From contig JANRJN010000018.1 of assembly GCA_033763945.1 (NCBI GenBank), positions 112,475-176,474 on the forward strand: 64,000 nucleotides of DNA, given 5' to 3'. Shown here in pieces: positions 40,572-49,603 of this stretch (the stretch's first letter is position 1; the number at the start of each line of letters is the position of its first letter). The stretch is from Bacteroidota bacterium (GTDB taxonomy: Bacteria; Bacteroidota; Bacteroidia; B-17B0; Aurantibacillaceae). The translations under genes and the position numbers were made by a program. The notes beneath the pieces are model-generated. The model made no database searches. It was given only the letters and a program-made list of their open reading frames with translations, and had not been told where the DNA came from.

Positions 40572-41639
40572 ATGTTAGAGATGGAAGATAACACAAGCAC
40601 AACTTTACAAAGTAGCACAGTTACAATTAATTTGCAACAACTTACCTTGCCATGCCAATTGTTGAGCGCCAGTAGTTGTGCATATGATATTGAGAATAAA
40701 TCTGGCATCTACCCAAAACCTTTTTCTAACCCAAACTCGGCAAAGGCAATTGGTTGGCACGAAAATATACCCACAGTTGTTGTAGGAGGAATTGATAACG
40801 TTAATGCCGCATTGGTAGGAGTGATACAAAATTTAAACGTGCAAGGTAAGCCTACTTCTTCTATTGTTATTGCTTTTCAAGGTACTTTGGCCGCTAACAA
40901 TGTTAGAGGCATTATTGATTGGATGACAGATTTTTTTGCCAAGCCTGTTCCTTTTCTATTGGCTAAAGAAGGGGCAATGGTGCACGAAGGACTTTACTAT
41001 TCGGTAAATAGTATTTTGCCAAAGCTTAAACACGTGATAGATGATTTAAAACAAAAACATGCGGGTAACGATTTACCCATTTATATTACTGGTCATAGTA
41101 AAGGTGGCGGTATGGCAAGTATTTGCGCCGCTATGTTGGCAGCCGATTATAAGATAAAAGGTGTTTACACTTTTGCGTCGCCAATGATAGGCAATGCAGG
41201 CTTTGTAGCTAATTTTCCGACACAAATACCGGTCATCCGTTTCGAAAATTATTTAGACATTGTTCCCTTTTGTGCGCCCTCTGAGGCCTTTGTGCGTAGT
41301 TTATTAATTGCTGCGCTTAATTACCCGGAGTTTGCAGAGGATTTAAAAGTGTTTATAGACATCATTCAATTATCGGGAGATAAAAATGGTGCTTGGGGAT
41401 ATGTGCCTTTGGGGCAATTACATTACATTAAAAAAAATGGTACACTAGAAATCATTAGCTATCCGCCTTATGCCCCTAACGAAAGCGCTTTAGAAATTGC
41501 CTATACCCTGGCAAGCGGCGAAAGTGGTTTTAAGCGGGTAGCAGCTGCGCATGCCCATGGTTGCAGTAGTTTAGTAAACACTGTTTTTGTACCCGGTTAC
41601 CAGAACAGTGTTTGCAAAAACTCAGGTTTGTGTAAATAA
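40572..41639 (+). CDS. Class 3 lipase-like alpha/beta hydrolase (paralog 1)
   Basis: Nucleophile elbow ITGHSKGGGMA (GxSxG) with flanking VIAFQGT...DWMTDF, as in the Lipase_3 family. No signal peptide. Ends in GLCK. Confidence 0.7.
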   Translation: MLEMEDNTSTTLQSSTVTINLQQLTLPCQLLSASSCAYDIENKSGIYPKPFSNPNSAKAIGWHENIPTVVVGGIDNVNAALVGVIQNLNVQGKPTSSIVIAFQGTLAANNVRGIIDWMTDFFAKPVPFLLAKEGAMVHEGLYYSVNSILPKLKHVIDDLKQKHAGNDLPIYITGHSKGGGMASICAAMLAADYKIKGVYTFASPMIGNAGFVANFPTQIPVIRFENYLDIVPFCAPSEAFVRSLLIAALNYPEFAEDLKVFIDIIQLSGDKNGAWGYVPLGQLHYIKKNGTLEIISYPPYAPNESALEIAYTLASGESGFKRVAAAHAHGCSSLVNTVFVPGYQNSVCKNSGLCK

Positions 41640-41910
41640 AAAACATTAAACACAGAACAAAAAAATACAATTTGGCGTTTTGTATAAAAAGTAAATTCTA
41701 ATTACCTTCCGTTTTACTCGATATTTTGCAGAAAAACCAAGTAGAAATACCTACTCTTCATATTATGGTTTCGTTACAATTTTACTTGCAAAGTAAGTTT
41801 TAATTATACTGAATGCTGATCGTTTATAAAGAATTATTGCAAATAACCTTTAAGTACAGCGTTTGTAAATTTTATGTTAGGCTAATGTATGTTTAATAAT
41901 TTTTGTCTTT

Positions 41911-42002
41911 TACTTGCTCTACTTGGTTTTTGTAAGTAAAACTACTTGGTTAGATTGCGTAATTCTACGTGTTTTTATTTTTTAAACAATGTAGTATGTT
42001 TG
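41911..42002 (+). promoter_or_regulatory. Phased triple 8-mer element plus -7 box (TATGTTTG)
   Basis: TACTTGCT (41911), then CTACTTGG (41919), CTACTTGG (41942) and CTACGTGT (41965) at 23-bp spacing. TATGTTTG at 41995-42002 lies 30 nt after the third repeat, as at 37605/37635. The third repeat lies 112 nt before the ATG at 42077. Confidence 0.5.
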
Positions 42003-42076
42003 GCTATATAAGGTTAAAAGAAATAACACTTTAAAGAGCCATTTGTAAATTAAAAATAAAGTAACACTCATAATTT

Positions 42077-43099
42077 ATGCTAGCAAAAATAAATTTACCC
42101 TGCCAGTTATTAAATGCCTGTGCCTGCACTTACGATATTGTAGATAATACAAAAACTTACAATCCTGAATCTCTTTATGCAGATACAATTGGCTGGGGCT
42201 TAGGACCCGGAGCACCAACTGTAATTACGGGTCAAAACGAAAAGTATTATGATGCCGCTTTGGTTGGCATTGTTCAAAATTTACATGTGAATAATACAGT
42301 TGCTCCAGGCATTGTTATTGCTTTTCAGGGAACAATAAGTGTTACAACACCCGGAGGGTTAAAAGATTGGATGACAGATTTTGATGCTACGCCTGTTCCT
42401 TTCATAGAAGGCAAGACCGGCGATCTGGTGCACAAAGGCATTTACGATTCGGTAAAAAGTATACTATCACAAATATTACAAGCGCTTAGTACATTACAAA
42501 ATGCCAACAATTCATTACCAATTTTTGTAACCGGGCATAGTAAAGGGGGTGGTATGGCACCAATAGCAGCAGCTATTTTAATAAACAAATACAAGTATGT
42601 AATTCAAGAGGTGTATACGTTTGCCGCACCAATGATAGGCAATGCAAGTTTTGGGGCTAATTTTCCATTAAATAAGCCCGTACAACGTTTTGAAAATTAT
42701 ATTGACATCATTCCCTTTTTAATGCCTAACGATACTTTTATAAGTACGTTAAGAACTGCGGCAAATAATGCTACTCCTATCCATAAAGTTGAAATGGATT
42801 TGTTTATTGATTTTTTATTAACTGTGCGCAATAAATTTAGTGCCACAGGTTATGTGCCTTTGGGGAATTTAAATTTTATTAATGAGAACAGAACCATAAC
42901 GGTTACCTCATTTCCCCCTAACACACCTAACCCAAGTGCAATTGATTTGGCAAGTAAATTAGCAAGCGGTTTACCGGGCTTTGTAATTGTGGGCAATGCC
43001 CACAGTCATGCTTGTGGCAGTAAAGTAACAACAAATGGTATTAATTATTTTATGGGCTATATGGGCGGCGTTGCTAATCACATGGGCTTGTGTAAATAA
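42077..43099 (+). CDS. Class 3 lipase-like alpha/beta hydrolase (paralog 2)
   Basis: VTGHSKGGGMAP nucleophile elbow. Collinear with the 40572 protein (LPCQLL.A..C.YDI, VIAFQGT, DWMTDF, RFENY.DI.PF, GYVPLG, ending GLCK). Confidence 0.7.
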   Translation: MLAKINLPCQLLNACACTYDIVDNTKTYNPESLYADTIGWGLGPGAPTVITGQNEKYYDAALVGIVQNLHVNNTVAPGIVIAFQGTISVTTPGGLKDWMTDFDATPVPFIEGKTGDLVHKGIYDSVKSILSQILQALSTLQNANNSLPIFVTGHSKGGGMAPIAAAILINKYKYVIQEVYTFAAPMIGNASFGANFPLNKPVQRFENYIDIIPFLMPNDTFISTLRTAANNATPIHKVEMDLFIDFLLTVRNKFSATGYVPLGNLNFINENRTITVTSFPPNTPNPSAIDLASKLASGLPGFVIVGNAHSHACGSKVTTNGINYFMGYMGGVANHMGLCK

Positions 43100-43111
43100 A
43101 ATTTTATAAAA

Positions 43112-43129
43112 ACGGAGTTAACCGAAATC
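43112..43129 (+). promoter_or_regulatory. Cassette-leader motif, copy 1 (partial)
   Basis: ACGGAGTTAACCGAAATC lies 29 nt before the ATG at 43158. The 3' half (GAGTAGG) is degenerate. Confidence 0.35.
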
Positions 43130-43157
43130 AAATTAAGACATATATAAACTAAAACCT

Positions 43158-44210
43158 ATGACAACAGAACAAAAACAATTAAATTTAGAAGTACCTGCAA
43201 TTACTTTACCGGCCGATCAATATGCGCATCCCGGAGCACCTACCGAGTGGTGGTGGCATGTTGGTACCTTGGTTGCAGATAACGGACGTAAGTTTGGTTT
43301 TGAAATTAATGCAGCTATGATGTTTGGTGGAGCATTTATTCAAATTGAAATTACAGATGTACAAAATCAATGTAATTATCAAAATGTAAGTTTTTTGGGT
43401 GAGTGCCCAAGTAATTGGGCCGAGAGCGACCCAACAAAACCGTGGTACGTTAAATTATCAGGCGTGCAAGCAACAGTAAATATGCAGGCTATTGGTGGCA
43501 ATCCTTTAAATATGAATGTTACTGCTTCTTTTATTGATGCAACCACGGGTAGCCAATGCAGTTTTTATTTAAACTTAAATCAACAAGGAGCACCATTGTT
43601 GGTTTGGGGTACAGGTGTTGAACAGGTTAACCCAAGTGCGCCCACGCCTTTGCAACAAAATAATTACTATTACTCTTTAACCAATTTAGCAGCCAGCGGG
43701 CACATTACTATTGGCGGCAGTGCTTATACAATTACAGGAACTACTTGGATGGATCACGAGTATGGAGCCTTTCCGCAAGGCACACCAGGGCAACCGGTAA
43801 TTTGGATGTTGCAGGATATGCAATTAAGCCACGGCTTGCACCTAAGCAATTTTACAAAATTTGGTGTGAAACCTCAATTAAACGTACCGATAGAATCGTA
43901 TGCTACTATGCTTTATAATGGCGAAAGTACCTTTGTAGAAACCACTACAATACCTATGGGACCAACCTATGTAAGCAAAAAAGGTGTAACGTATTACATG
44001 ACGTATAAAATACTCTTAAAAAATTCATCCATAAGTTTTGTAGTAAACAGCTCTTACCCCAACCAGGTATTTGTAGACCCATCTGCAGCCGATGTATACG
44101 AAGGAGTAGCCACTGCCGAAATGCTTATGACTTTGCACCTAAGCCCGGTTAAACAAAAAGAAATTGTAATAGCCTCGGGCCCGGCGTGGATTGAACAAAA
44201 CTTAGGATAA
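43158..44210 (+). CDS. AttH/CrtC-like lipocalin-fold protein
   Basis: N-terminal LPADQYAHPGAPTEWWWHVGTLVADNGRKFGFEINA matches the AttH / hydroxyneurosporene-synthase-like signature (HP...EWWY..G.L...G..fGf). No signal peptide. Confidence 0.65.
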   Translation: MTTEQKQLNLEVPAITLPADQYAHPGAPTEWWWHVGTLVADNGRKFGFEINAAMMFGGAFIQIEITDVQNQCNYQNVSFLGECPSNWAESDPTKPWYVKLSGVQATVNMQAIGGNPLNMNVTASFIDATTGSQCSFYLNLNQQGAPLLVWGTGVEQVNPSAPTPLQQNNYYYSLTNLAASGHITIGGSAYTITGTTWMDHEYGAFPQGTPGQPVIWMLQDMQLSHGLHLSNFTKFGVKPQLNVPIESYATMLYNGESTFVETTTIPMGPTYVSKKGVTYYMTYKILLKNSSISFVVNSSYPNQVFVDPSAADVYEGVATAEMLMTLHLSPVKQKEIVIASGPAWIEQNLG

Positions 44211-44227
44211 AATAAATAATAAAACTT

Positions 44228-45916
44228 ATGAGAACAGAAATTATTTCTAACGGCTTTTTTAAAGCCAAAGCATACGCCGGCACATATGTAGTCGTTTTGG
44301 CGTGGGATGTTGATAATTCGGACAATTCACTTATCAAAGATCTTCTAGGTTTTGCAATCGAAAGGGCAGAAGTTGAGGGGGATGTTGAAATTGAAAAATA
44401 CCCGATGAAGGGCATTAAGCGATTTAAAGATAAGGATAAAGGTCTTGCGCCCGGCACACCCGTTTCTACTTTTGAACACCCCGTACAGACCTTTCAATGG
44501 TGCGATTATACGGCTAAAGAAAACAAAGAATATATATACACGATAACGCCACTGTATGGAACTCCAAAAAACCTAAAATCAAATAATGAAAATAAAATTT
44601 CACTAAAAGTTAAAACTGAAGCGGTTATTGGAGCTCAACACAATGGTACTATTAAGCATGACATTTTTTTTAACAGAGGTGTTATTGGTTCTCAGGCATA
44701 TGCAAGAGAATTTGGAAATGCTGAACCTAACCGCGAAGCCCCAGAATCAAGCGAAATGAAATGGTTGTCAAGGGGCTTATTTGAAGCGTTATCTGATTTT
44801 ATTGGGATGGCAAAAAATGAAAACTTCGGTTTAAGAGCTGCTTTTTATGAGTTTCATTATTTACCAATAGCAATGAGTTTTGCAAAATCTGTTGAAGCAG
44901 GTGCAGATGTTAAAATTGTTTACGATGCAGAAAGTTCTTACAAAGAAGAAAATAAAAAAACCATTGATAAAGCTGGCCTTAGCGAAGCGGGTATAACAAT
45001 TCCCAGAACTGTTTCTGAAGGAATCAGGCATAATAAATTTATTGTACTTCTCGAAAACGAAAAACCTATTGCTGTATGGACCGGTTCTACAAACATATCG
45101 GCAGGCGGCATTTTTGGACATTCTAATGTGGGCCACATAATATGGGATAAAGATATTGCAGAACAATATCACGACTATTGGAAAAGATTATCCGAAAATT
45201 TAACTTCAACTAAAATCAGACCGCTAAATAAAGAAGCAACTCCAACTCCGGCCAAGAAACCTAAAAAAAACAGTATTACACCTCTTTTTAGCCCTAGGGA
45301 TGGAAAAGAAGAAAATGAAACATTAGAATGGTACGCCAAACTAATGGATAGCGCTGAGAAAATTATGTGTATTACTTTAGCTTTTAATTTAGATGAGGCT
45401 TTTCAAAATGTTATTAAAAAAGAAAACGATGTTTTAAGATACATCGTTAAAGATGATAATTTGGGCGCCAATGAAGATATTGGCACAGACAAAGATGTGA
45501 TATTTGCCTCCGGTGGTTATTTCGGAAAAAATTCATTGTTTAATTTTTTGCAAGAAAGGGATAATCCATTAAATACCAACGATTATATACACAATAAGTT
45601 TATGCTTGTTGACCCATTGAGTAACGACCCCATTGTTGTTACAGGATCCGCCAATTTTAGCCGGCCATCCCAAAGAATAAACGATGAAAATATGGTTGTA
45701 ATAAGAGGAAATACCAGGGTTTCTGATATTTATTTTGGTGAATTTTTGAGAATATTTGATCATCATTACGCACGGTACATTAGCCGTAAACTACAGCAAG
45801 AAAACAAAAACGACCCAAATGCAGGTTACTTAAAGACAGACAATAGCTGGACAAAATTACATTTCGACACTAACAGTTATAAATATAAAAGAAAAAAATA
45901 CTTTATAAACTCCTGA
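44228..45916 (+). CDS. Phospholipase D-superfamily (HKD) protein
   Basis: Two HKD-type blocks: IRHNKFIVLL...WTGSTNISAGG and IHNKFMLVDP...VTGSANFSRPS. The roughly 130-aa N-terminal beta domain is unassigned. Confidence 0.8.
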   Translation: MRTEIISNGFFKAKAYAGTYVVVLAWDVDNSDNSLIKDLLGFAIERAEVEGDVEIEKYPMKGIKRFKDKDKGLAPGTPVSTFEHPVQTFQWCDYTAKENKEYIYTITPLYGTPKNLKSNNENKISLKVKTEAVIGAQHNGTIKHDIFFNRGVIGSQAYAREFGNAEPNREAPESSEMKWLSRGLFEALSDFIGMAKNENFGLRAAFYEFHYLPIAMSFAKSVEAGADVKIVYDAESSYKEENKKTIDKAGLSEAGITIPRTVSEGIRHNKFIVLLENEKPIAVWTGSTNISAGGIFGHSNVGHIIWDKDIAEQYHDYWKRLSENLTSTKIRPLNKEATPTPAKKPKKNSITPLFSPRDGKEENETLEWYAKLMDSAEKIMCITLAFNLDEAFQNVIKKENDVLRYIVKDDNLGANEDIGTDKDVIFASGGYFGKNSLFNFLQERDNPLNTNDYIHNKFMLVDPLSNDPIVVTGSANFSRPSQRINDENMVVIRGNTRVSDIYFGEFLRIFDHHYARYISRKLQQENKNDPNAGYLKTDNSWTKLHFDTNSYKYKRKKYFINS

Positions 45917-45923
45917 AAAAATA

Positions 45924-45942
45924 ACGGAGCTAACCGAAAATC
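45924..45942 (+). promoter_or_regulatory. Cassette-leader motif, copy 2 (partial)
   Basis: ACGGAGCTAACCGAAAATC lies 28 nt before the ATG at 45970. The 3' half (AATGAATACG) is degenerate. Confidence 0.4.
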
Positions 45943-45969
45943 TAATAATGAATACGTATAAAAAAACAA

Positions 45970-46452
45970 ATGGAACCAATTAAAGGAATTAAAGACGAGC
46001 TTTTAAGATTATTGGAAGAAGCAGAAGAAGAATATCTTAATTGGTATACTTCAAGAAGCACTTATAGTAAATGGCTTTGGCACATTTTACTAATATTGGC
46101 AATATTGCCTGGTTTTATAACAGGCGTAATAGCTGCATATGGTGAAAAAAGTATTTTTAATAGAGATTGGTTGGTTTGGTTACCAATAGGTGGTTCCTTT
46201 GCAGGAACTTTATTAACGCAATTCAAAATTTACGACGTCTGGAAAATTCGTGAGGATGGTCGTATTGCATTTGAAGGCTTTATAAATTTAATACGTGGTC
46301 GAATAAGTTTAGTTAATACGCCGGATGAACTTGGAAAAATTTATTTCGACTTACAACAAGGGATTAACGACATTGAAACGGATGCCCTTCAAAAATTCTT
46401 TATACTATCAAGCTCAGAATTTGTGGCAAAGTTTCAAAAAGTAACACCTTGA
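45970..46452 (+). CDS. 2-TM protein, SLATT/DUF4231-like
   Basis: N-terminal helix (EEEYLNWYTSRSTYSKW), two TM helices, then KIYDVWKIREDGRIAFEGFI. This is the W...R...E-type helix seen after TM2 in the DUF4231/SLATT family. Confidence 0.45.
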   Translation: MEPIKGIKDELLRLLEEAEEEYLNWYTSRSTYSKWLWHILLILAILPGFITGVIAAYGEKSIFNRDWLVWLPIGGSFAGTLLTQFKIYDVWKIREDGRIAFEGFINLIRGRISLVNTPDELGKIYFDLQQGINDIETDALQKFFILSSSEFVAKFQKVTP

Positions 46453-46465
46453 TTAATTTACAATA

Positions 46466-47635
46466 ATGAAAAAGAATAATTTATTAGCATTAGTTTTAGC
46501 TTGTTTGGTATTCCTAATACAGGGACAATCTCTGCAAATTGATAGGGATGACTTCGAAACGGTTTTCACAGAACATGAACAAAAAATATTTGGTGAAGTT
46601 CCATCGGATATAGAAGATATTAATAATAATCTTAAATCTTTAGAAAGGTTTAAAGGATACGAAAAAAATAATTTTAAAAATTTCCAAGAGACGATTTTGC
46701 TTTTATCTGAGCCGCCAAAATTAGATACTTTGTATATAAGAAACGAAATACGAGAAATTGAAAAGTTTGCCAAAAATTCAAGGCCTCAAAATTACTCAGA
46801 GATATTCTATCGCAATCAATCTTTGATAAGACACCTAACGTTTTCATCCCAATTTTATTGGCTCAGGGACGCTCTATTTTATTCTTACACTAAACAAAAA
46901 GAGAACAAACCAATAGAAATTTCATCATTTATTAGCGAAACAAGGTCAAAAGAAGAAAGAATTCGCGAAGAGTTTTTTAATGGTATTAATATACAAAACG
47001 TTGATTATGGTGATTATGGGTACAGATTTACGTCAGATACAATAGATAAACAAATAATTGAATCATTAATAAAGGATTTAGACAGGTTAAAAAAAGTAAA
47101 TTTTATACTACTTAATAAAGCTTACAAAGAATTATATGAGGCTTCAAAAATGTATCTCACCAACAAAAAAAGTGATATAGAATTAAGGCTCACAAAAATC
47201 GATCAGTTCATTAAGGAACATAAAAAAGTCAGGAAGGAAAGAAACCAGGATATTAATGAATGGGGAATTCAAAGAGGCCTGCCTTGGTATTGCGGAACTG
47301 TTGTTATTCTTTTTTTAGTTACTGTATTTAGTCGTAATGGTTTGCGTAGAAACAGATTTGATAACAAGAATAATGCAGATGCAGGTAATCAGGAGCATCT
47401 CTCAAAAGTCCTCCTTGAAGTTATTACTGTCCTGCTATTAACATTAACTATTCTTATTCTCGGCCTTACCAATATCTTAAAGGAGAATGTCCTTGGTACT
47501 TTAATCGGAGGTATTGCTGCGTATATTCTTAATCGATCAAGAAACATGCAAGATGAGCAAACAAAAATCACTAAGGCTAATCCAAACGGAATTGTAACTA
47601 AATTAAATACAGATAAAAGCAATGAAAACCTATAA
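46466..47635 (+). CDS. Hypothetical secreted/membrane protein
   Basis: Signal peptide, helical and coiled-coil middle, three C-terminal TM helices. Starts 13 nt after the SLATT-like gene. Confidence 0.5.
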   Translation: MKKNNLLALVLACLVFLIQGQSLQIDRDDFETVFTEHEQKIFGEVPSDIEDINNNLKSLERFKGYEKNNFKNFQETILLLSEPPKLDTLYIRNEIREIEKFAKNSRPQNYSEIFYRNQSLIRHLTFSSQFYWLRDALFYSYTKQKENKPIEISSFISETRSKEERIREEFFNGINIQNVDYGDYGYRFTSDTIDKQIIESLIKDLDRLKKVNFILLNKAYKELYEASKMYLTNKKSDIELRLTKIDQFIKEHKKVRKERNQDINEWGIQRGLPWYCGTVVILFLVTVFSRNGLRRNRFDNKNNADAGNQEHLSKVLLEVITVLLLTLTILILGLTNILKENVLGTLIGGIAAYILNRSRNMQDEQTKITKANPNGIVTKLNTDKSNENL

Positions 47636-47659
47636 ACTTTAAAAAATAATAAACTAAAA

Positions 47660-47692
47660 ACGGAGCTAACCGAAAATCCGATAAAGAGTAGG
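47660..47692 (+). promoter_or_regulatory. Cassette-leader motif, copy 3 (full)
   Basis: ACGGAGCTAACCGAAAATCCGATAAAGAGTAGG. CGGA/TCCG can pair around a 12-nt loop. GAGTAGG ends 14 nt before the ATG at 47707. Confidence 0.5.
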
Positions 47693-47706
47693 TGAAAAAA
47701 TAGCAA

Positions 47707-49149
47707 ATGAATCTTATAAAACAAATAACAACAATTCTATTATGTCTCTTTTTTATTAATAATTTCTCACAAGAAAAGGAAAGAAAAACCAGTTATATTG
47801 AGATTGATATAAAGAAACCGGAGACATGGGACAAAGGGGCTTGTGACAGCATAACTATTATTAATAAGGATAGAGGATTTAAGTCTATCATTAAAAACGA
47901 ATTTACAAAAGTAGTAAATGGTTCATCAGACCTTAATATTGGATCTTTTGCTTCCCTAGATGTAACGAAAGCAACGGGTGTTTTTAAATATACTTCGGCC
48001 GATAATAATGGAAATTTATATACACTTGGCGCTACTGGCGGTATAGATGAAGGTGTTTTTAATCTTTTCACCGATAAAAAACCTAATTCAAACATGGATA
48101 TTAATTTTACCGGACATTTTCTTAATGTTATTAAACAAATTGGATTTAGTGCTAAAGAATGTAACGAAGCTTTACTAGCAATAAGAAAAGAACGAAAAAG
48201 AATAAATGCCCTAATGATTGAAGCAAGAATAAAAGTTAAACTTGATTCTGCCTTAAATAAATTGGCTGTGGACTGTAGAAATGACCCATGTCCCACTATA
48301 CCTTATGATAGAAAAGGGCTGGCAGATACAAATTTTATAAAATTACTTCAGTGTGGAAAAAATGCTTGTGTCTCACAAGCTGATTCTCTTCGCTATGAAT
48401 ATAATCTTGCATTGCACGAACTTGCAAAACAAAAACTTGAATCCAAATTGGATAGTCTGCATAAGGTTTTGGAAAAAAAGGAAAAAGAACTAGCAAAACT
48501 TAATGTGAAAACTCTTAAAATGAGGTGGTTATCACTAGGTGGTTCTTATAAAAATAATAGTTTTAAACTGCTTAATGAGACTGATAGTGTTATTAAAACC
48601 CAATTAACAAAACAAATAGGCAACGTTTTTTCTTTAAATTTGGCGTATAATTTCTATCGTTGGCAGTCTTTAGGTTTTTCGACTTACTTTAATATAAATG
48701 CTTCCATTAAAGCTTCAGATAATTTTGATGATTTGAGTAAAAAAGATATTACTGATACATACAAATTAAACAACGGTAATGTAACTAGAGAATATAATAC
48801 TAAAACTACGGCATATTCTGGAATTTATAAATCATCTTTTCTAGCTTTGAACTTTGCCTCTAATTTATATCTTTTTTTATTTAAAAATAAAGCAGCCATA
48901 CATTTATGGGGGGATGTAAATTTTGACTCGAAAAATGAATTTGATCTAGATTTTGAAAGACCTATTTATGATGCGTCTATTGGACTTTTACTTTGTCCTA
49001 TTGATGCAAAAGATAAAAGTCAAAGAAGTATTCAAAATGTTGAACTTTTCATAAAACTTAAAGATGTTTTTAATGGTTTTCAAAATATAAATAATTATGA
49101 TAAAACTATAGTTGGTTTAAGATTTACAACTCCTATTAACTTTAAATAA
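47707..49149 (+). CDS. Hypothetical secreted protein (possible outer-membrane beta-barrel C-terminal half)
   Basis: Signal peptide, central coiled coil, and a C-terminal half with alternating-hydrophobic beta-strand pattern ending RFTTPINFK. Confidence 0.45.
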   Translation: MNLIKQITTILLCLFFINNFSQEKERKTSYIEIDIKKPETWDKGACDSITIINKDRGFKSIIKNEFTKVVNGSSDLNIGSFASLDVTKATGVFKYTSADNNGNLYTLGATGGIDEGVFNLFTDKKPNSNMDINFTGHFLNVIKQIGFSAKECNEALLAIRKERKRINALMIEARIKVKLDSALNKLAVDCRNDPCPTIPYDRKGLADTNFIKLLQCGKNACVSQADSLRYEYNLALHELAKQKLESKLDSLHKVLEKKEKELAKLNVKTLKMRWLSLGGSYKNNSFKLLNETDSVIKTQLTKQIGNVFSLNLAYNFYRWQSLGFSTYFNINASIKASDNFDDLSKKDITDTYKLNNGNVTREYNTKTTAYSGIYKSSFLALNFASNLYLFLFKNKAAIHLWGDVNFDSKNEFDLDFERPIYDASIGLLLCPIDAKDKSQRSIQNVELFIKLKDVFNGFQNINNYDKTIVGLRFTTPINFK

Positions 49150-49157
49150 AATAAATT

Positions 49158-49376
49158 ATGACAAAAGAAATAACAAATTCTACCAAACTCTTCCTCTCTA
49201 ATGAAAAGTACCAATTTATATGTAATACATGTGGCGACAAAGCAGAAGTGACCAATAACTGGACTATAGCTCAAAACGAAGCGTCCAGTCACAAAAAAAC
49301 AAACCCTAATCATGATGTAGATATAATAATACTACACGAAATTATTAGTCGAAATAATTTTAGAACAGAGGAATAA
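49158..49376 (+). CDS. Small hypothetical protein
   Basis: 72-aa ORF starting 8 nt after the previous stop. Contains CNTCGDK...H..H. No family recognised. Confidence 0.35.
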   Translation: MTKEITNSTKLFLSNEKYQFICNTCGDKAEVTNNWTIAQNEASSHKKTNPNHDVDIIILHEIISRNNFRTEE

Positions 49377-49603
49377 GGATAAAATATTTTGTTAATTTCT
49401 TACTGATTATTTGTTGACTATTGTTATAAATTTAGTTTTAGTTTATATAATATTATAAGGAATAAACAAACAAAAATTAATACCATGTAATAAATAAAAC
49501 AAATTTTATGAGAGAATTTTATTGAATCTCGCATTAAAAAGGAGTATAAAAGAATTCCCCTTTCCTCCCTAAAATCCCTATATTTTAAAAAAAAAATTTA
49601 AAT

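Noticed and set aside
47793-48296. 167-aa minus-strand ORF, plus similar antisense ORFs in the island (44149-44457, 44861-45172, 46453-46773, 47389-47724, 50007-50323)
   Set aside because: They are antisense to longer + strand ORFs that have signal peptides or recognisable motifs. They have low-complexity composition and no start context.
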